Origin: Octopus vulgaris
Lineage: Eukaryota
Direction: 5' to 3'
Assembly: GCA_951406725.2 (NCBI GenBank)
Contig: OX597831.1
Span: forward strand, 3,534,001-3,598,000
DNA: 64,000 bases
Positions 1 to 10,798 of the stretch are shown here, in pieces. The position numbers and the translations under genes are program-made. The notes beneath the pieces are model-generated. The model saw only the letters and a list, made by a program, of their open reading frames with translations. It ran no database searches and was not told the origin of the DNA. Each line of letters opens with the position of its first letter. The stretch's first letter is position 1.

Positions 1-357
1 ATGGTGATCTCATTCTTGCTCACAACATCATAAGCGGAAAGTGTAACCTCTCGAAAGAGCTGTTCTTCACTCCTGCTCCAGAGCGTCGGCTGCGGGGTCA
101 CTCCGAAATGCTCTATCTGCGACGATTTCATCTCAGTCGAAGGAGAGGGAGCTTTCTCCGTCCGGGTTGCGGATCCGTGGAATAAGCTGCCGGACGAGAT
201 AGTGAAGATGCCGACGACCGCTCAGCTCAAAGTCTCTCTTGACCAGAAATAGCCTGAACTCTTTGCATGAACACCACCCTGTACATAACTCCATGTCCCC
301 CTACATGGCCTTGCTTTTTGCTTTTTGAGCCAAAAAATTAACTTAACTTAACTTAAC
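1..357 (+). mobile_element. CR1-clade LINE 3' end (decayed)
   Basis: Translates with one frameshift to LRGHSEMLYLRRFHLSRRR/AFSVRVADPWNKLPDEIVKMPTTAQLKVSLDQK*, the RGH..KL..R..FS.RV...WN.LP C-terminal signature of CR1 ORF2. Ends in a (TTAAC)n tail at ~338-357. Confidence 0.8.
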
Positions 358-455
358 ACTCCATTGTACCCAGAAAAACAAAGGTGACATTGGGTAATAG
401 AATCTTAGATATACAAAGTAATAATAATGATGATAATAATAATAATGATAATAAA

Positions 456-751
456 TGCCCTGATGCAGTACCAGGCAGTAGCTCTCATGGCTTCTGATCT
501 TAACTGATTGGAAGTGTTATCATGTACAGATGGGCTACAGCAAATATTCTGCTCAATACCACAGATTTGCTTGTCAGTTGTTTGACCGTAACCAGTTGAG
601 CATGTCCCTTAGTGGCTGAAGGTATGTGCATCTCTGACCGTGAGCAGAAGTAGTTGGGGGGAGCATCATAGCCATGTGTTGAGAGGGATTCTTTGGGGTT
701 TGAATAATTCACCTCTGGAAACATGGGTGTTCTGTTCAACATCCTTAAACA
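456..751 (+). mobile_element. (TAA)n-embedded non-coding element, copy 1 (5' part)
   Basis: Near-identical to 37056-37340 and flanked on both sides by (TAA)n arrays. Confidence 0.75.
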
Positions 752-753
752 TG

Positions 754-787
<34 letters not shown>

Positions 788-812
788 GCCTTTCTGCTAA
801 AGGCACAAGGGG

Positions 813-912
813 GATAGTCAATCACATTGACCCAGTGTTTGACTGGTACTTAATTTATCGACCCTGAAAGGATGAAAGACAAAGTCAACCTCAGCAGAAT
901 TTGAACTCAGAA
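813..912 (-). mobile_element. Nin-domain-like SINE fragment (family B)
   Basis: Reverse complement of the family B core GTTCAAATTC..GAGGTCGACTTTGCCTTTCATCCTTTCGGGGTCGATAAATTAAGTACC seen in many copies in the window. Confidence 0.7.
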
Positions 913-1098
913 CATTAAAAGAAATTACCCTGAAAGATTTTAACAAATAAATAGAGGAAACAGGCATAATACCTAGTTTAGTGCAACCCCAGGAAATAGT
1001 ATTATTACAGACGGCTAAGATACTTAGGAAGGTTCTTGGCATCTAAAGCTACTTGTTGTAGCCTGATGTGAGGAATTTTTCTATTATGCATATATGAA
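913..1098 (+). mobile_element. R4/Dong-clade LINE extreme 3' end
   Basis: Encodes ...PQEIVLLQTAKILRKVLGI*, typical of the RLE-LINE C-terminus, then a short UTR and a (TAA)n tail. Confidence 0.6.
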
Positions 1099-1116
1099 AT
1101 GATAATAATAATAATG

Positions 1117-1151
<35 letters not shown>

Positions 1152-1153
<2 letters not shown>

Positions 1154-1295
1154 GGCACTGCACACATCCTATGCAGAACACTTTCCATACAATAACCATC
1201 AGAGCATCACAACAAATCACAGCACATACCCAAGGCACACAGAGCTGCGCTCGGTAGTGAAGTGAAAGCACACTATAAAAATAAAACTACTGAAT
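1152..1295 (+). mobile_element. R4/Dong-clade LINE extreme 3' end (second family)
   Basis: Encodes GTAHILCRTLSIQ*, followed by a 3' UTR running into (TAA)n. Sits between two TAA arrays. Confidence 0.6.
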
Positions 1296-1302
1296 AATGA
1301 TG

Positions 1303-1403
<101 letters not shown>

Positions 1404-1409
1404 TAATAA

Positions 1410-2226
1410 CGAGGAGAGCAAATGGAGGAAAAGGACTGATAAGTGTGGAAGATTGCATGTGTATCAAACTCAAGAGCTTAAGCCCAAAGTAAGGAAACCT
1501 TTCTAGTGACGAGGGAGTATTGAAAGCATTGAAAAAAGGGGAAAACAAAGGAAGAAATGCAGAAAGGACGTGAAGAAGAATTACACAAGAAGGGACTACA
1601 CAATCAATTCCATGCAACCACAACAGAAGTTGCTGGAAAAAATAGGTGGGATTGGCAGCGCTAGACCAAACTTTGGCCATGAACTGGGGGATCAATCTTA
1701 GGAATAAGCAAGCATCTCTGCTGTGTTGCATCTGCAATAGAGTGGATGAAACAATTGCCCTTATCACGAACGAATGCTCTAGACTTGCCCAAAACCACTA
1801 CAAGTTGTGGTGACATGATCAAGTAGTGAAAGTGCTACATTGGAAACTGTGCAAAAAGTGGGGGCTAGAGAAAGGCAGATTCGGAGACTAGCAAAATCCT
1901 CTGGGATTTCCCAATCCAAATAGATCAGGTGCTAGTGGTGGTGGACAAGATGCACCACATATGGTTGTTAATGTTGCATGCCCCTTTGACCTGTGAATAG
2001 TCAAGAAGAAAGGTGAAAAGATAGATAAACACAACCCTCTTAAATACAAAATAGTCTGGCTATGGAAAATGAAGAAGGTGAGGATAGTGCCAATTGATGT
2101 TGGGTCCTTGAGAACAGTACCAGAAGGCATCAAGAGCAATATAAAGGAAATTGGAATATAATGACCAGGAGTACTGTTACAAAAGGTTTGTCTCCTTGGC
2201 ATGGCCAGAATAATCAAGAAACATTA
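1410..2226 (+). pseudogene. R4/Dong-like non-LTR retrotransposon ORF remnant (CCHC knuckle plus restriction-like endonuclease)
   Basis: Broken frames read CCICNRVDETIALITNECSRLAQNHYKLW*HDQVVKVLHWKLCKKWG, ILWDFPIQ, VVVDK..NVACPFD, KYKIVWLWKMKKVRIVPIDVGSL and LLQKVCLLGMARII. These are RLE-clade C-terminal motifs with stops and frameshifts. Confidence 0.8.
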
Positions 2227-2239
2227 AGGATGGAGACTA

Positions 2240-2408
2240 GTTGATTACATTGACCCCAGTACTCAACTGGTACTTAATTTATCAGCCCTGAAGGGATGAA
2301 AGGCAAAGTCAACCTTGGCAGAATTTGAACTCAGAACATAACACCAGACAAAATACCGTTAAGAATTTAGCCCGGTGTGCTAATGAGTCTGTCAGCTTGC
2401 TGGCGTTT
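2240..2408 (-). mobile_element. Nin-domain-like SINE (family B)
   Basis: Matches the family B head and core. Confidence 0.7.
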
Positions 2409-2423
2409 AAATAATGATAATGA

Positions 2424-2457
<34 letters not shown>

Positions 2458-2485
2458 GGTGGTGGTGGTGATGATGATGATGATC

Positions 2486-2600
2486 TTTTACTCTTTTACT
2501 TGTTTCAGTCATTTGAATGTGGCCATGCTTGAGCAAATCGACCCCCAGGACTTATTCTTTGTAAGCCTAGTACTTATTCTATCGGTCTCTTTTTTGCATC
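2486..2600 (-). mobile_element. Family A SINE 3' tail fragment
   Basis: Reverse complement of GAGACCGATAGAATAAGTACT...CAGCATGGCC...TGACTGAAACAAGTAAAAGAG. Confidence 0.75.
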
Positions 2601-2602
2601 AG

Positions 2603-2708
<106 letters not shown>

Positions 2709-4215
2709 CAATAATAATAATGAATAAACATCAACAACAATAACAACAAAACATAACACCATGCCACATTTGAATATTAACAAGATTTGATAAAAAATGG
2801 TATGGAAGTCTTGTAAGAAAGGAAGAATTGTTCACACACTGTTGGATGTTTCTAAAGATAACAGAATGCATATAAAATGTCAAGAATGAAATCCCCATAA
2901 AGGAATAAATATACAAATCTAAATAAATAAATGAATTATAAAAAATATATATAATGAATAAGTAAAGAGATAGATTTTTAAAATTTATATAACTGGAGGT
3001 AGGTGTAATGGTTGTAAATGTGTAAAATAGTGGCACTGAGCTCTTGGAGAGAATGGAGAGGATGGAGAGAATGGCACCGACTGGGAACATGAGTTGAAGA
3101 GGGTAGGTAAGAAGTCAGAGAGTGGGAAATGGTTAATGGAAGGATAAAGCAGGATGAGATCCATTTTAAAAAAAGCACCTACAATTGTGTGTGTGTGTGT
3201 GTGTGTGTGTGCATGTGTGTGTGCATGTGCGTGTGCATGTGTGTGTGTGCATGTGTGTGTGAGTATATATAAACACAGGGAGAGAGGGAGAGAGATATAG
3301 ATACATATACACACACATATATATACATACCATACATACACACATACATATACATTTATATGTATATACATATGTATACGTATATTTGCACATACAAACA
3401 TATACACACATACGTACACACATACATGCATACATATATACATGCAACATCCATACATACATGCACACATGCATACACACATACATGAACACATACATAT
3501 ATCATATATACACATACATACATACACATAGATACATACACATAGATACATATACACACATGCATACAACATACATACACATACATATGCACACATACAT
3601 ACATATGCACACATACATACATATATATATGCACACACATGCATGCATACATGCTGTCATCAACGACAGGCATGTAGACATAGAGGATACTCAAACATGT
3701 ATTTTTGAACATTTCCTTCCGCATTTATGCCAAGGTAATCAATCCTAATTGAATTTCATTCCTCATTATAAATAAAAGAAACATCTTTTCCTCACCCACT
3801 TCGAGTCATCCGGGTTGGATTGTACAAAATGCTTTACACTACATGGAAATTCTCTAATTCCATCATAACAATACCACTATTAATGGTACCAAGATTATAA
3901 TGTGTAAATAGAACAGGAGAAATATGTAAGACTTTATTGAAGTTCACTAATCCCTTTTGTTATGTGTGTGTGTATATGTATGTATATATATATGTATATA
4001 TGTATGTATATATATATTTGAGTAGTTGAATGAATTATCTTATTAAGGATAATTCGAATTAACCGATACCTGGGTAGCAAATTCACATCAGAAAAAACAC
4101 AGTTGAAGCTACGTGCCTAGGGCATAGATTACGTGTCTTCGTGCGGAAATTTGTATGTTTATTTTTAAAATATAAATATATGAAAGAATGGAGCTGAACG
4201 ACGAATTAACAAAAT

Positions 4216-4312
4216 TCCTTTATTTTCGACATATGTTTCGAAGGCTGCATATTCCTAATTGCGAAGGAATAAGGAGTACATTATGCCGCTTTCTCATCAG
4301 GAAAAGCAAGGA
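4216..4312 (-). ncRNA. Type I hammerhead ribozyme (minus strand)
   Basis: Minus strand reads UCCUUGCUUUUC-CUGAUGA-GAA...UUC-GAAA-C-AUAU-G-UC-GAAAAUAAAGGA: complete catalytic core, stem I, long stem II and minimal stem III. Confidence 0.85.
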
Positions 4313-4390
4313 ACTTATGTCAACATCAAAATGCACAAAAAACTTTTAGCTGACCGCTCTCAAGGAGCCCATTTTGATGTCGACATAAGT

Positions 4391-4487
4391 TCCTTGATTT
4401 TCCTGATGAGAAATCTGCATAATGTACTCCTTATTCCTTCGGAATTAGGAATATGCAGCCTTCGAAACATATGTCGAGAATAAAGGA
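4391..4487 (+). ncRNA. Type I hammerhead ribozyme (plus strand)
   Basis: Stem I 4391-4402 pairs with 4476-4487. CTGATGA 4403-4409, stem II 4410-4463, GAAA 4464-4467, C-ATAT-G stem III, GUC triplet with predicted cleavage after 4475. Confidence 0.88.
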
Positions 4488-4685
4488 TATTTGTTAACTA
4501 GTCGTTCAACTCCATTACTTTCATATACTTATAATTTTAAAATAAACATACAAATTTCCGCACGAAGACACGTAGTCTAAGCCCTAGTGACGTAGCTTCA
4601 ACCATGTTCTTTCTGATGTGAATTTGCTACCCAGGTATCGGTTATCTTTCGAATTATCCTTAATAAGATAATTCATTCAATTACT

Positions 4686-4748
<63 letters not shown>

Positions 4749-4860
4749 TTAAAATAATAAGGGTGAAAAATTGAATATTAATTAGATTAATATGAATTTA
4801 AAACCAGTGGTCTAGCATATAGAAAAATCTGAAGATTCAGAAAAATTGTGTTACATACTT

Positions 4861-5036
4861 ATAAGAGGGATGACCACTAAGTGGACATCCATATGCTAGA
4901 AGTCGATCCCTTATAGTCTTATCACTAAGAAAGGAATGTTCTCAAGAAAAATTTAGCAAATGCCAGAATGTAAGCACACAGGGGGGAGGGGCGACTTCTA
5001 GCATATGGATGTCCACTTAGTGGTCATCCCTCTTAT
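4861..5036. repeat. Inverted repeat, 45-bp perfect arms, inside a (TA)n-flanked insert
   Basis: 4861-4905 is the reverse complement of 4992-5036. The enclosing insert (~4750-5036) is bounded by (TA)n. Confidence 0.9.
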
Positions 5037-5049
5037 ATGTATACATATG

Positions 5050-5099
<50 letters not shown>

Positions 5100-5113
5100 C
5101 ACGCACACACATA

Positions 5114-5586
5114 AGGGAATTAAAAAAGGCAATGAAGCTGAGCATTGCATACTAACAACACCAAAGGAAAAAATTAATGAACACACAATACCATTTATTA
5201 ATACGCATAATCCTGGGGTAACCAGCATCTTTCATGCCATAAAATCAAACCTGAAAGATCTGATTGATAAAAACCCCTTACAAAACAGTAGACGCCAACC
5301 AAAAAATCTCAAAAAATACCTCATAGGAGCAAAATTCACATCAGAGAATGAATTAGAATTCTCTGTAAAAGAATGTGAAGACAGCAGATGTGGAACATGC
5401 AACAACAACAACAACTTTAAATACTTAGAAAATGGTTCCCACTTAAAATTCAAGAGCAGATTCTCGTTCAAAAGTAAATGCATACATGAACTGCAAGATT
5501 GCAGAATCTCATATACTGTATTACTTGCCCCAACTGCAAGAAAGATTGCATTGGCAAGACAAACAATACCCTCTACCAATGTGTAA
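5114..5586 (+). pseudogene. Penelope-like element ORF remnant (thumb/linker, Cys motif, start of GIY-YIG)
   Basis: IPFINTHNP...RRQPKNLKKYLIGAKF...CEDSRCGTC, then after a frameshift NLIYCITCPNCKKDCIGKT. Confidence 0.8.
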
Positions 5587-5799
5587 GAATACACACACAC
5601 ACACACACACACAGAAAATAAAAACAAAAAGCATATGCATATATAACAGCTTCTTTGTTTTTCAAAATATTAACATGTACACGCAGACATAAAATATATG
5701 AATGATGATATGTTTTGTCTGTTGAGAAATATTCAATCAATTAAGATGTAATTTCTTTTTGTGTCAATTTTTCGTCCTGCAGAAATTTTTTTCGCCCTC

Positions 5800-6253
5800 A
5801 GAGACTACTAACAAATGCGAAGCTTTACAAAACAACCACGAAACCAACGGTTGAAAAATGTGGATGCCCAAGCTGTGGAACCTGCCCCAACCTGATTGAT
5901 GGCTTGGATTTCCTTTTCAAAGAAGGACAGAGGTTCACAATCAAAACTAGCTTCACTTGTGCCTCTGAGAACCTAATTTATGTAATAACTTGCTCGGGTT
6001 GCAGATACCACTATATTGGACAAACGAGTATGACCTTGAGAAAGAGAACCACTCTACATAAAGAGTAAATTCGTTTCCCGCAATACAGACATATTCCTCT
6101 CAGTGAACATATAGAAAAATGTGCAGATAACATCAAACCAAATTTCACAGTCTTCCCTTTCTACCAGTGCAAAGACAATCTCTCAAATAGAACGTTTAAA
6201 TAAAGAAATTTTTTAATTGAAAAATACAAAACACGTCTTAATGTGCACGAATA
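5800..6253 (+). pseudogene. Penelope-like element GIY-YIG endonuclease remnant (Neptune-type Cys linker)
   Basis: KCGCPSCGTCPNL...FTCASENLIYVITCSGCRYHYIGQTSMTLRKRTTLHKE*IRFPQ...LSEHIEKC...RLNKEIFLIEKYKTRLN, with one internal stop and a frameshift. Confidence 0.88.
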
Positions 6254-6511
6254 ACCAACTTTTATCTTTTTACATATTTCAATTCACGATTACATCACTG
6301 TACATAAATCTCCTCATTAAACAAGCTTTTTGAAACTTGTCTCTGTCTGTAAACATATATATTACCCGCCCATTACCGAAAGCTGAACAGTTATCTCCCT
6401 TACCCACAACAATAACAATAATAACGACAACCAATTACCTCCCTTTATTTATCTACTTGTGAAGTCATTCACTTGTGACTTTCATCACACACAACATGGA
6501 CAAAATTTCTT

Positions 6512-6580
6512 CTTAAGAAAAAATATATATTCAAATAAGTAAAACATAATATCGTGAATAGTGATAGTGAAACCGGTCGA
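6512..6580 (+). ncRNA. Degenerate minimal hammerhead in the PLE 3' region
   Basis: GAAACCGGTC at 6569-6578 is an intact 3' half. CTTAAGA at 6512-6518 is one change from CTGAAGA. Lies ~260 nt downstream of the GIY-YIG stop, and stem I is decayed. Confidence 0.45.
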
Positions 6581-6702
6581 TATATTAAAAATTATATTAA
6601 AACTATGTAAGTGTGCATATTTTCCTTTTTTAATTTCTTATATACATTACAACTCACCATGTGGGGATAACCGGAATTCCTCTTTTCTGTTACTACTACT
6701 AC

Positions 6703-6731
<29 letters not shown>

Positions 6732-6734
<3 letters not shown>

Positions 6735-6898
6735 TATAGTATATTGTGAAATTTGATTTAGAATTGCTAAATTGAGTTTCTCCCTGTAAGTTTGGAATTA
6801 TATTCCCTACTATTATGATATATATAATATAATTCCAAACTTACAGGGAAAAATTCAATTTAGCAATTCTAAATCAAATTTCACAATATACTATATAT
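6732..6898. repeat. Inverted repeat, ~72-bp arms, in (TA)n
   Basis: 6732-6804 is the reverse complement of 6826-6898 with about 2 mismatches. Confidence 0.9.
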
Positions 6899-7234
6899 GT
6901 AACTATCTATTAGTTATTGTTTTTGTACTTTATTGATTTATATATTAAGGTCTTTATAGTATATGTTTTCTATATGGTGTGAATAACATCTTCCATTACT
7001 GAATTGTTTAAGGGAAAGAAAATTAAAAACATTTACCATCTAATTTAGTTCCTAGACCATGGTTTCTGACTTATTTCAGTAAAAAAAGATTTACTGAGGC
7101 CAGTCTTCATCAGAGAATTTATCCCTAATTAGTGCTTTGAGTTGTGTACTGCTCTTTCTAGCACAAGGCTTTCCTACGATGGAAGCCTCTTAATGTGTTT
7201 TAATGTACATGATATTTTATATGAATAATATATA

Positions 7235-7553
7235 GTGAAGGCGCATGGCTCAGTGGTTAAAGCATCGAGCTTACGATCGTGAGGTTGTCAGCTCGAATCC
7301 CATACCGGGCTGCGTGTTGTGTTCTTGAGCAAGACACTTTACTTCACGTTGCTCCAGTTAACTCAGCTGTAGAAATGAGTTGCGACGTCACGGGTGCCAA
7401 GCTGTATTGGCCCCCTTGCCTTTCCCTGGGATAACACTGGTGGCGTGGAGAGGTGAGACTGGTATGCATGGGCGACTGCTGGTCTTCCATAAACCACCTT
7501 GCCCAGACTTGTGACTAGGAGGGTAACTTTCTAGGTGCAATCCCATGGTCAGT
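7235..7553 (+). mobile_element. tRNA-derived SINE with CORE-like domain (family C)
   Basis: A box TGGCTCAGTGG, B-box-like CTCGAATCC, then GTGTTCTTGAGCAAGACACTTTAC..CAGCTGTAGAAATGAG resembling the CORE domain. Second copy at 16533. Confidence 0.8.
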
Positions 7554-7786
7554 GTTTTTTGTGCTAGGCCACTGGTAATAAAAATTTCTATGATTCTTAT
7601 TACCCTAATATTACTTATTATGTGTAAATGATTTTTGATAAATTTATTCGAGGTTTTACTGGCATCCTCTCTGTTGCCGGAAATAAACTGCGTCTGTGCA
7701 GTGGATTTGAAAAGTTAGAATATGCAAATAATGAGTTTACATGCGGAATCACTCTCGTTGTGTATATATTTGAAATCTAAAGGCTA

Positions 7787-7853
7787 CCTACTGATGAAGA
7801 CTGGCCTCAGTAAATCTTTTTTTACTGAAATAAGTCAGAAACCATGGTCTAGG
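7787..7853 (+). ncRNA. Type I hammerhead ribozyme (variant stem II base)
   Basis: CCTA-CTGATGA-A-GACT..TCAGTAAA/TTTACTGA..AGTC-A-GAAA-C-CATG-G-TC-TAGG, predicted cleavage after 7849. Confidence 0.75.
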
Positions 7854-8002
7854 AACTAAATTAGATGGTAAATGTTTTTAATTTTCTTTCCCTTCGAGAA
7901 TTTATCCCTAATTAGTGGTTTGAGTTGTTTACTGCTCTTTCTAGTGCAAGGCTTTCCTATGATGGAAGCCTCTTAATGTGTTTTAATATACATGATATTT
8001 TA

Positions 8003-8155
8003 CACACACACACACACACACACATAAGACAGGCTTCTTTAAGTTTCCGTCTGCCAAATCCACTCACAAGGCTTTGGTTGGCCTGAGGCTATAGTAGAAG
8101 ACACTTGCCCAAGGTGCCATGCAGTGGGACTGAACCTAGAACCCTGTGGTTGGCA
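8003..8155 (-). mobile_element. Family A SINE head fragment
   Basis: Matches the family A 5' half (GGTTCAGTCCCACTGC..CTTGGGCAAGTGTCTTCTACTATAG). Confidence 0.75.
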
Positions 8156-8281
8156 CATTTTTTATTTATAATCATTGCAAGAGTAGACTCATCTTTTGAG
8201 TTCTGTTTTCCTGTTTGCATCATCAAACCTCTGTGTGTGTGTATGCGTGTGTGTGTGTGTTGTGTGTGTGTGTGTGTGGGG

Positions 8282-8315
<34 letters not shown>

Positions 8316-8383
8316 AATGTATATGTATATGTATGTATATATGTATATATATATATGTATATATGTATATATGTATATATATG

Positions 8384-8428
<45 letters not shown>

Positions 8429-8709
8429 GTATATATATATATGCATATATACACACACACACACACTTATATATGTATGTATATGTATGGGTGTGTGTAT
8501 GTATGTAGGATGGTTGGTTGGATGTATATAAGTTTATGCACGTGCATATGTACAGATGTAGAAATGTTTGCGTGTTCGTAGCATAAACACACCTCACACC
8601 TATACATTCGCATCACTCCAGTATAAGCTCCGACTGGAACGATAAGCTTCCTTGACAAAACTAACAAGGAAGTGCTTCCTCCGAGAACTCAAACCCCCAC
8701 CCCTACAAC

Positions 8710-9058
8710 AACAACTCCTACGCTCCCAAACACCACCACTGCCGTCACCACCGCCGCCACCACCACTGCCACCACCACCACCACTGCTACCACCACCACC
8801 ACCACTGCCACCACCACTGCCGCCACCACCACCACCACTACCACCACCACTGCCACCACCATCACTGCCACCGCCGCCGCCGCCTCCACCACCACCACCA
8901 CCACCACTGCCACCACCACCACCACCACCACTGCCACCACCACCACCACCACCACTGCCACCACCACTGCTGCCACCACCACCACCACTGCCACCACCAT
9001 CACTGCCACCACCATCACTGCCGCCGCAGCCTCCACCACCACCACCACCACCACCACA
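8710..9058. repeat. (CCA)n/(CCACTG) compound microsatellite
   Basis: Triplet repeat open in several frames (polyP/polyT/polyG/polyV). Confidence 0.9.
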
Positions 9059-9479
9059 CTCTCTTAGCACCACTTACTTCTATCGCAGTATATTTATCTC
9101 AACAGGAATTAAACGAGATAAGCCGTTGACAAACTCCCAGCCGAGGAATTAAACATTATTATTGAAATTATATATGCCTGAGATATAATGTAACTCCATT
9201 GTTCACCGACTAATCCATTGTTTGTTGGGAAATTCCAGCGTGGAAGCTGTTGGCAAGAAACAGGCAGCACACATATCTTCATTAAGCTCTCATATCTCTG
9301 CCATAAAAAGGTGATATCCCCAGATTTATTACACAACCCAATGTTTATGTCTCATACACTACAACACATCGTCAATTGATGGTCATCTCCAATGCTCCAA
9401 TAGCAAGCTCCATGGCAAAACTGAACAGTGAAATCCTAACCCCCCTTCCCCCGCTGTCCCCACCATCTGTGTTCTCTGT

Positions 9480-10540
9480 ACGTCTCTCTCTCTCTCTCTC
9501 TCTCCCTCTCTCTTTCTCTCTGTTTGTTATCTTTGTCTGTGTCTGTTTCTGCCTGTCTCTCTCTCTCTCTCTCTCTCACTCTGGCTTTGTCTTTCTGCAT
9601 CTTTGTTGCTTTCTTGAAACTACGATGCTGTACAGAGCTATGTTGGATTTGTCTTGTTACCAAACCACGTTTCTCTCCCTTTCTTCAGCTCTCCCTCTCC
9701 CTCTCTTATGCTCTTTTTCTTCAGCTCTCCCCCTCCCACTCAAATGCTCTCTTTCTCTCTTATTCTCTCTCTCTTTTATACTCTCTCTCCTGCTCTCCCT
9801 CTCTGTTATCCTATCTCTGTCTATCTTATGTTCTCTCGCATGCTCTCCCTCTCTCTCTTTCATGCTCTCTCCTACTCTCCCTCTCTGTTATTCTCTCTTC
9901 CTCTTTTATACTCTCTCTTTGGCTCTCCTTCTCTGTTATTCTCTTTCTGTCTATCTTATGTTCTCTTGCATGCTCTCCCCCTCTCTCTCTCTTTTATGCC
10001 CTCTCTCCTGCTCTCCCTCTCTCTTATTCTCTCTCTCTTTTATACTCTCTCTTTGGCACTCCTTCTCTGTTATTCTCTTTCTGTCTATCTTATGTTTTCT
10101 TGCATGCTCTCCCTCTCTCTCTCTTTTATGCTCTCTCTCTCATGCTTTTCTCTCTCTGTTATCCTATATTTGTCTATCTTATGCTCTCTCATGCTCTCTC
10201 TCTCTTTTATGTTCTCTCTCTCCCTCTCCCTTATGCTCTCTGTCACTCTCATTAGTTCTCTCACATTTTCTCTCTCATTCTTCCTCTCTTATTCACTCTC
10301 TATTTTCTGTCATTCTCTCTTTTATACCTTATCTCTAATTCTTTCTTCCCTTTCTCTCTCTCTCCCCTTCCTCTCTCATTAACCCTCTCTCTTTCTCTAT
10401 ACCTCTCACCCTTCTTCTCTCACTCATTAACTTTCACTTTTTCTCTACCACTCAGTCTCCCTCACATTCTCTCTTTCTCTTATTGTCTCTCTCTCTCTCT
10501 TTCTCATTGTCCCTCTCTCTCTTTCTCTCATTGTCTCCCC
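9480..10540. repeat. CT-rich polypyrimidine low-complexity tract with ~120-bp higher-order units
   Basis: Recurrent CTCTGTTATTCTCT..CTGTCTATCTTATG..TGCATGCTCTCCC blocks. Confidence 0.8.
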
Positions 10541-10559
10541 CTATTGATCACTATTTTTG

Positions 10560-10798
10560 CCCTGATGGACCCCAACAGCCATCTGATGCTTAAAAACTAG
10601 TTCTATAGAACCTTCTTTCAAAATTCCTATTTTGCTTTTCATACATTAACTTGTGTAGGTTGATCTATGTAAAACATTAGCAAAAGAAACCCAAAATTAT
10701 TTCATGGACCCTTAATATACTACTGTGGGTTCCCAATTTACTATTTTGCTTACATGGAATCCCAAATATCTTATATGGACCCCAGCTGAGAATCACTG
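10560..10798. mobile_element. hAT/Charlie-like MITE end (decayed)
   Basis: Ends ...GGACCCCAGCTGAGAATCACTG, similar to the CAGTGGTTCTCAAC terminal repeat of Charlie-type elements, with repeated GGACCC subterminal motifs. Confidence 0.4.

Larger units (their letters stand above)
4017..4690. repeat. Long inverted repeat (Penelope pLTR-type fold-back) in (TA)n
   Basis: Arms 4017-4333 and 4370-4690 are reverse complements (roughly 90% identical by eye) around a 36-nt spacer. Flanked by (TA)n on both sides. Confidence 0.95.
7010..8002 (+). mobile_element. Penelope-type pLTR: partial tandem plus inverted 5' segment
   Basis: 7010-7113 is the reverse complement of 7791-7894, and 7113-7219 is directly repeated at 7896-8002. 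Contains a hammerhead and is interrupted by a SINE. Confidence 0.75.

Noticed and set aside
7051-7113. Minus-strand hammerhead copy
   Set aside because: The core is present but the 5' strand of stem I is missing, so it cannot fold in cis.
7235-7310. Possible tRNA genes (also at 42753 and 43975)
   Set aside because: The A/B boxes continue into SINE bodies, some with TSDs. There is no clean cloverleaf or poly-T terminator.
8652-9152. Poly-proline ORF resembling a formin FH1/extensin segment
   Set aside because: It is a (CCA)n microsatellite open in several frames on both strands, with no flanking domain or clear splice context. The same applies to 53018-53728.
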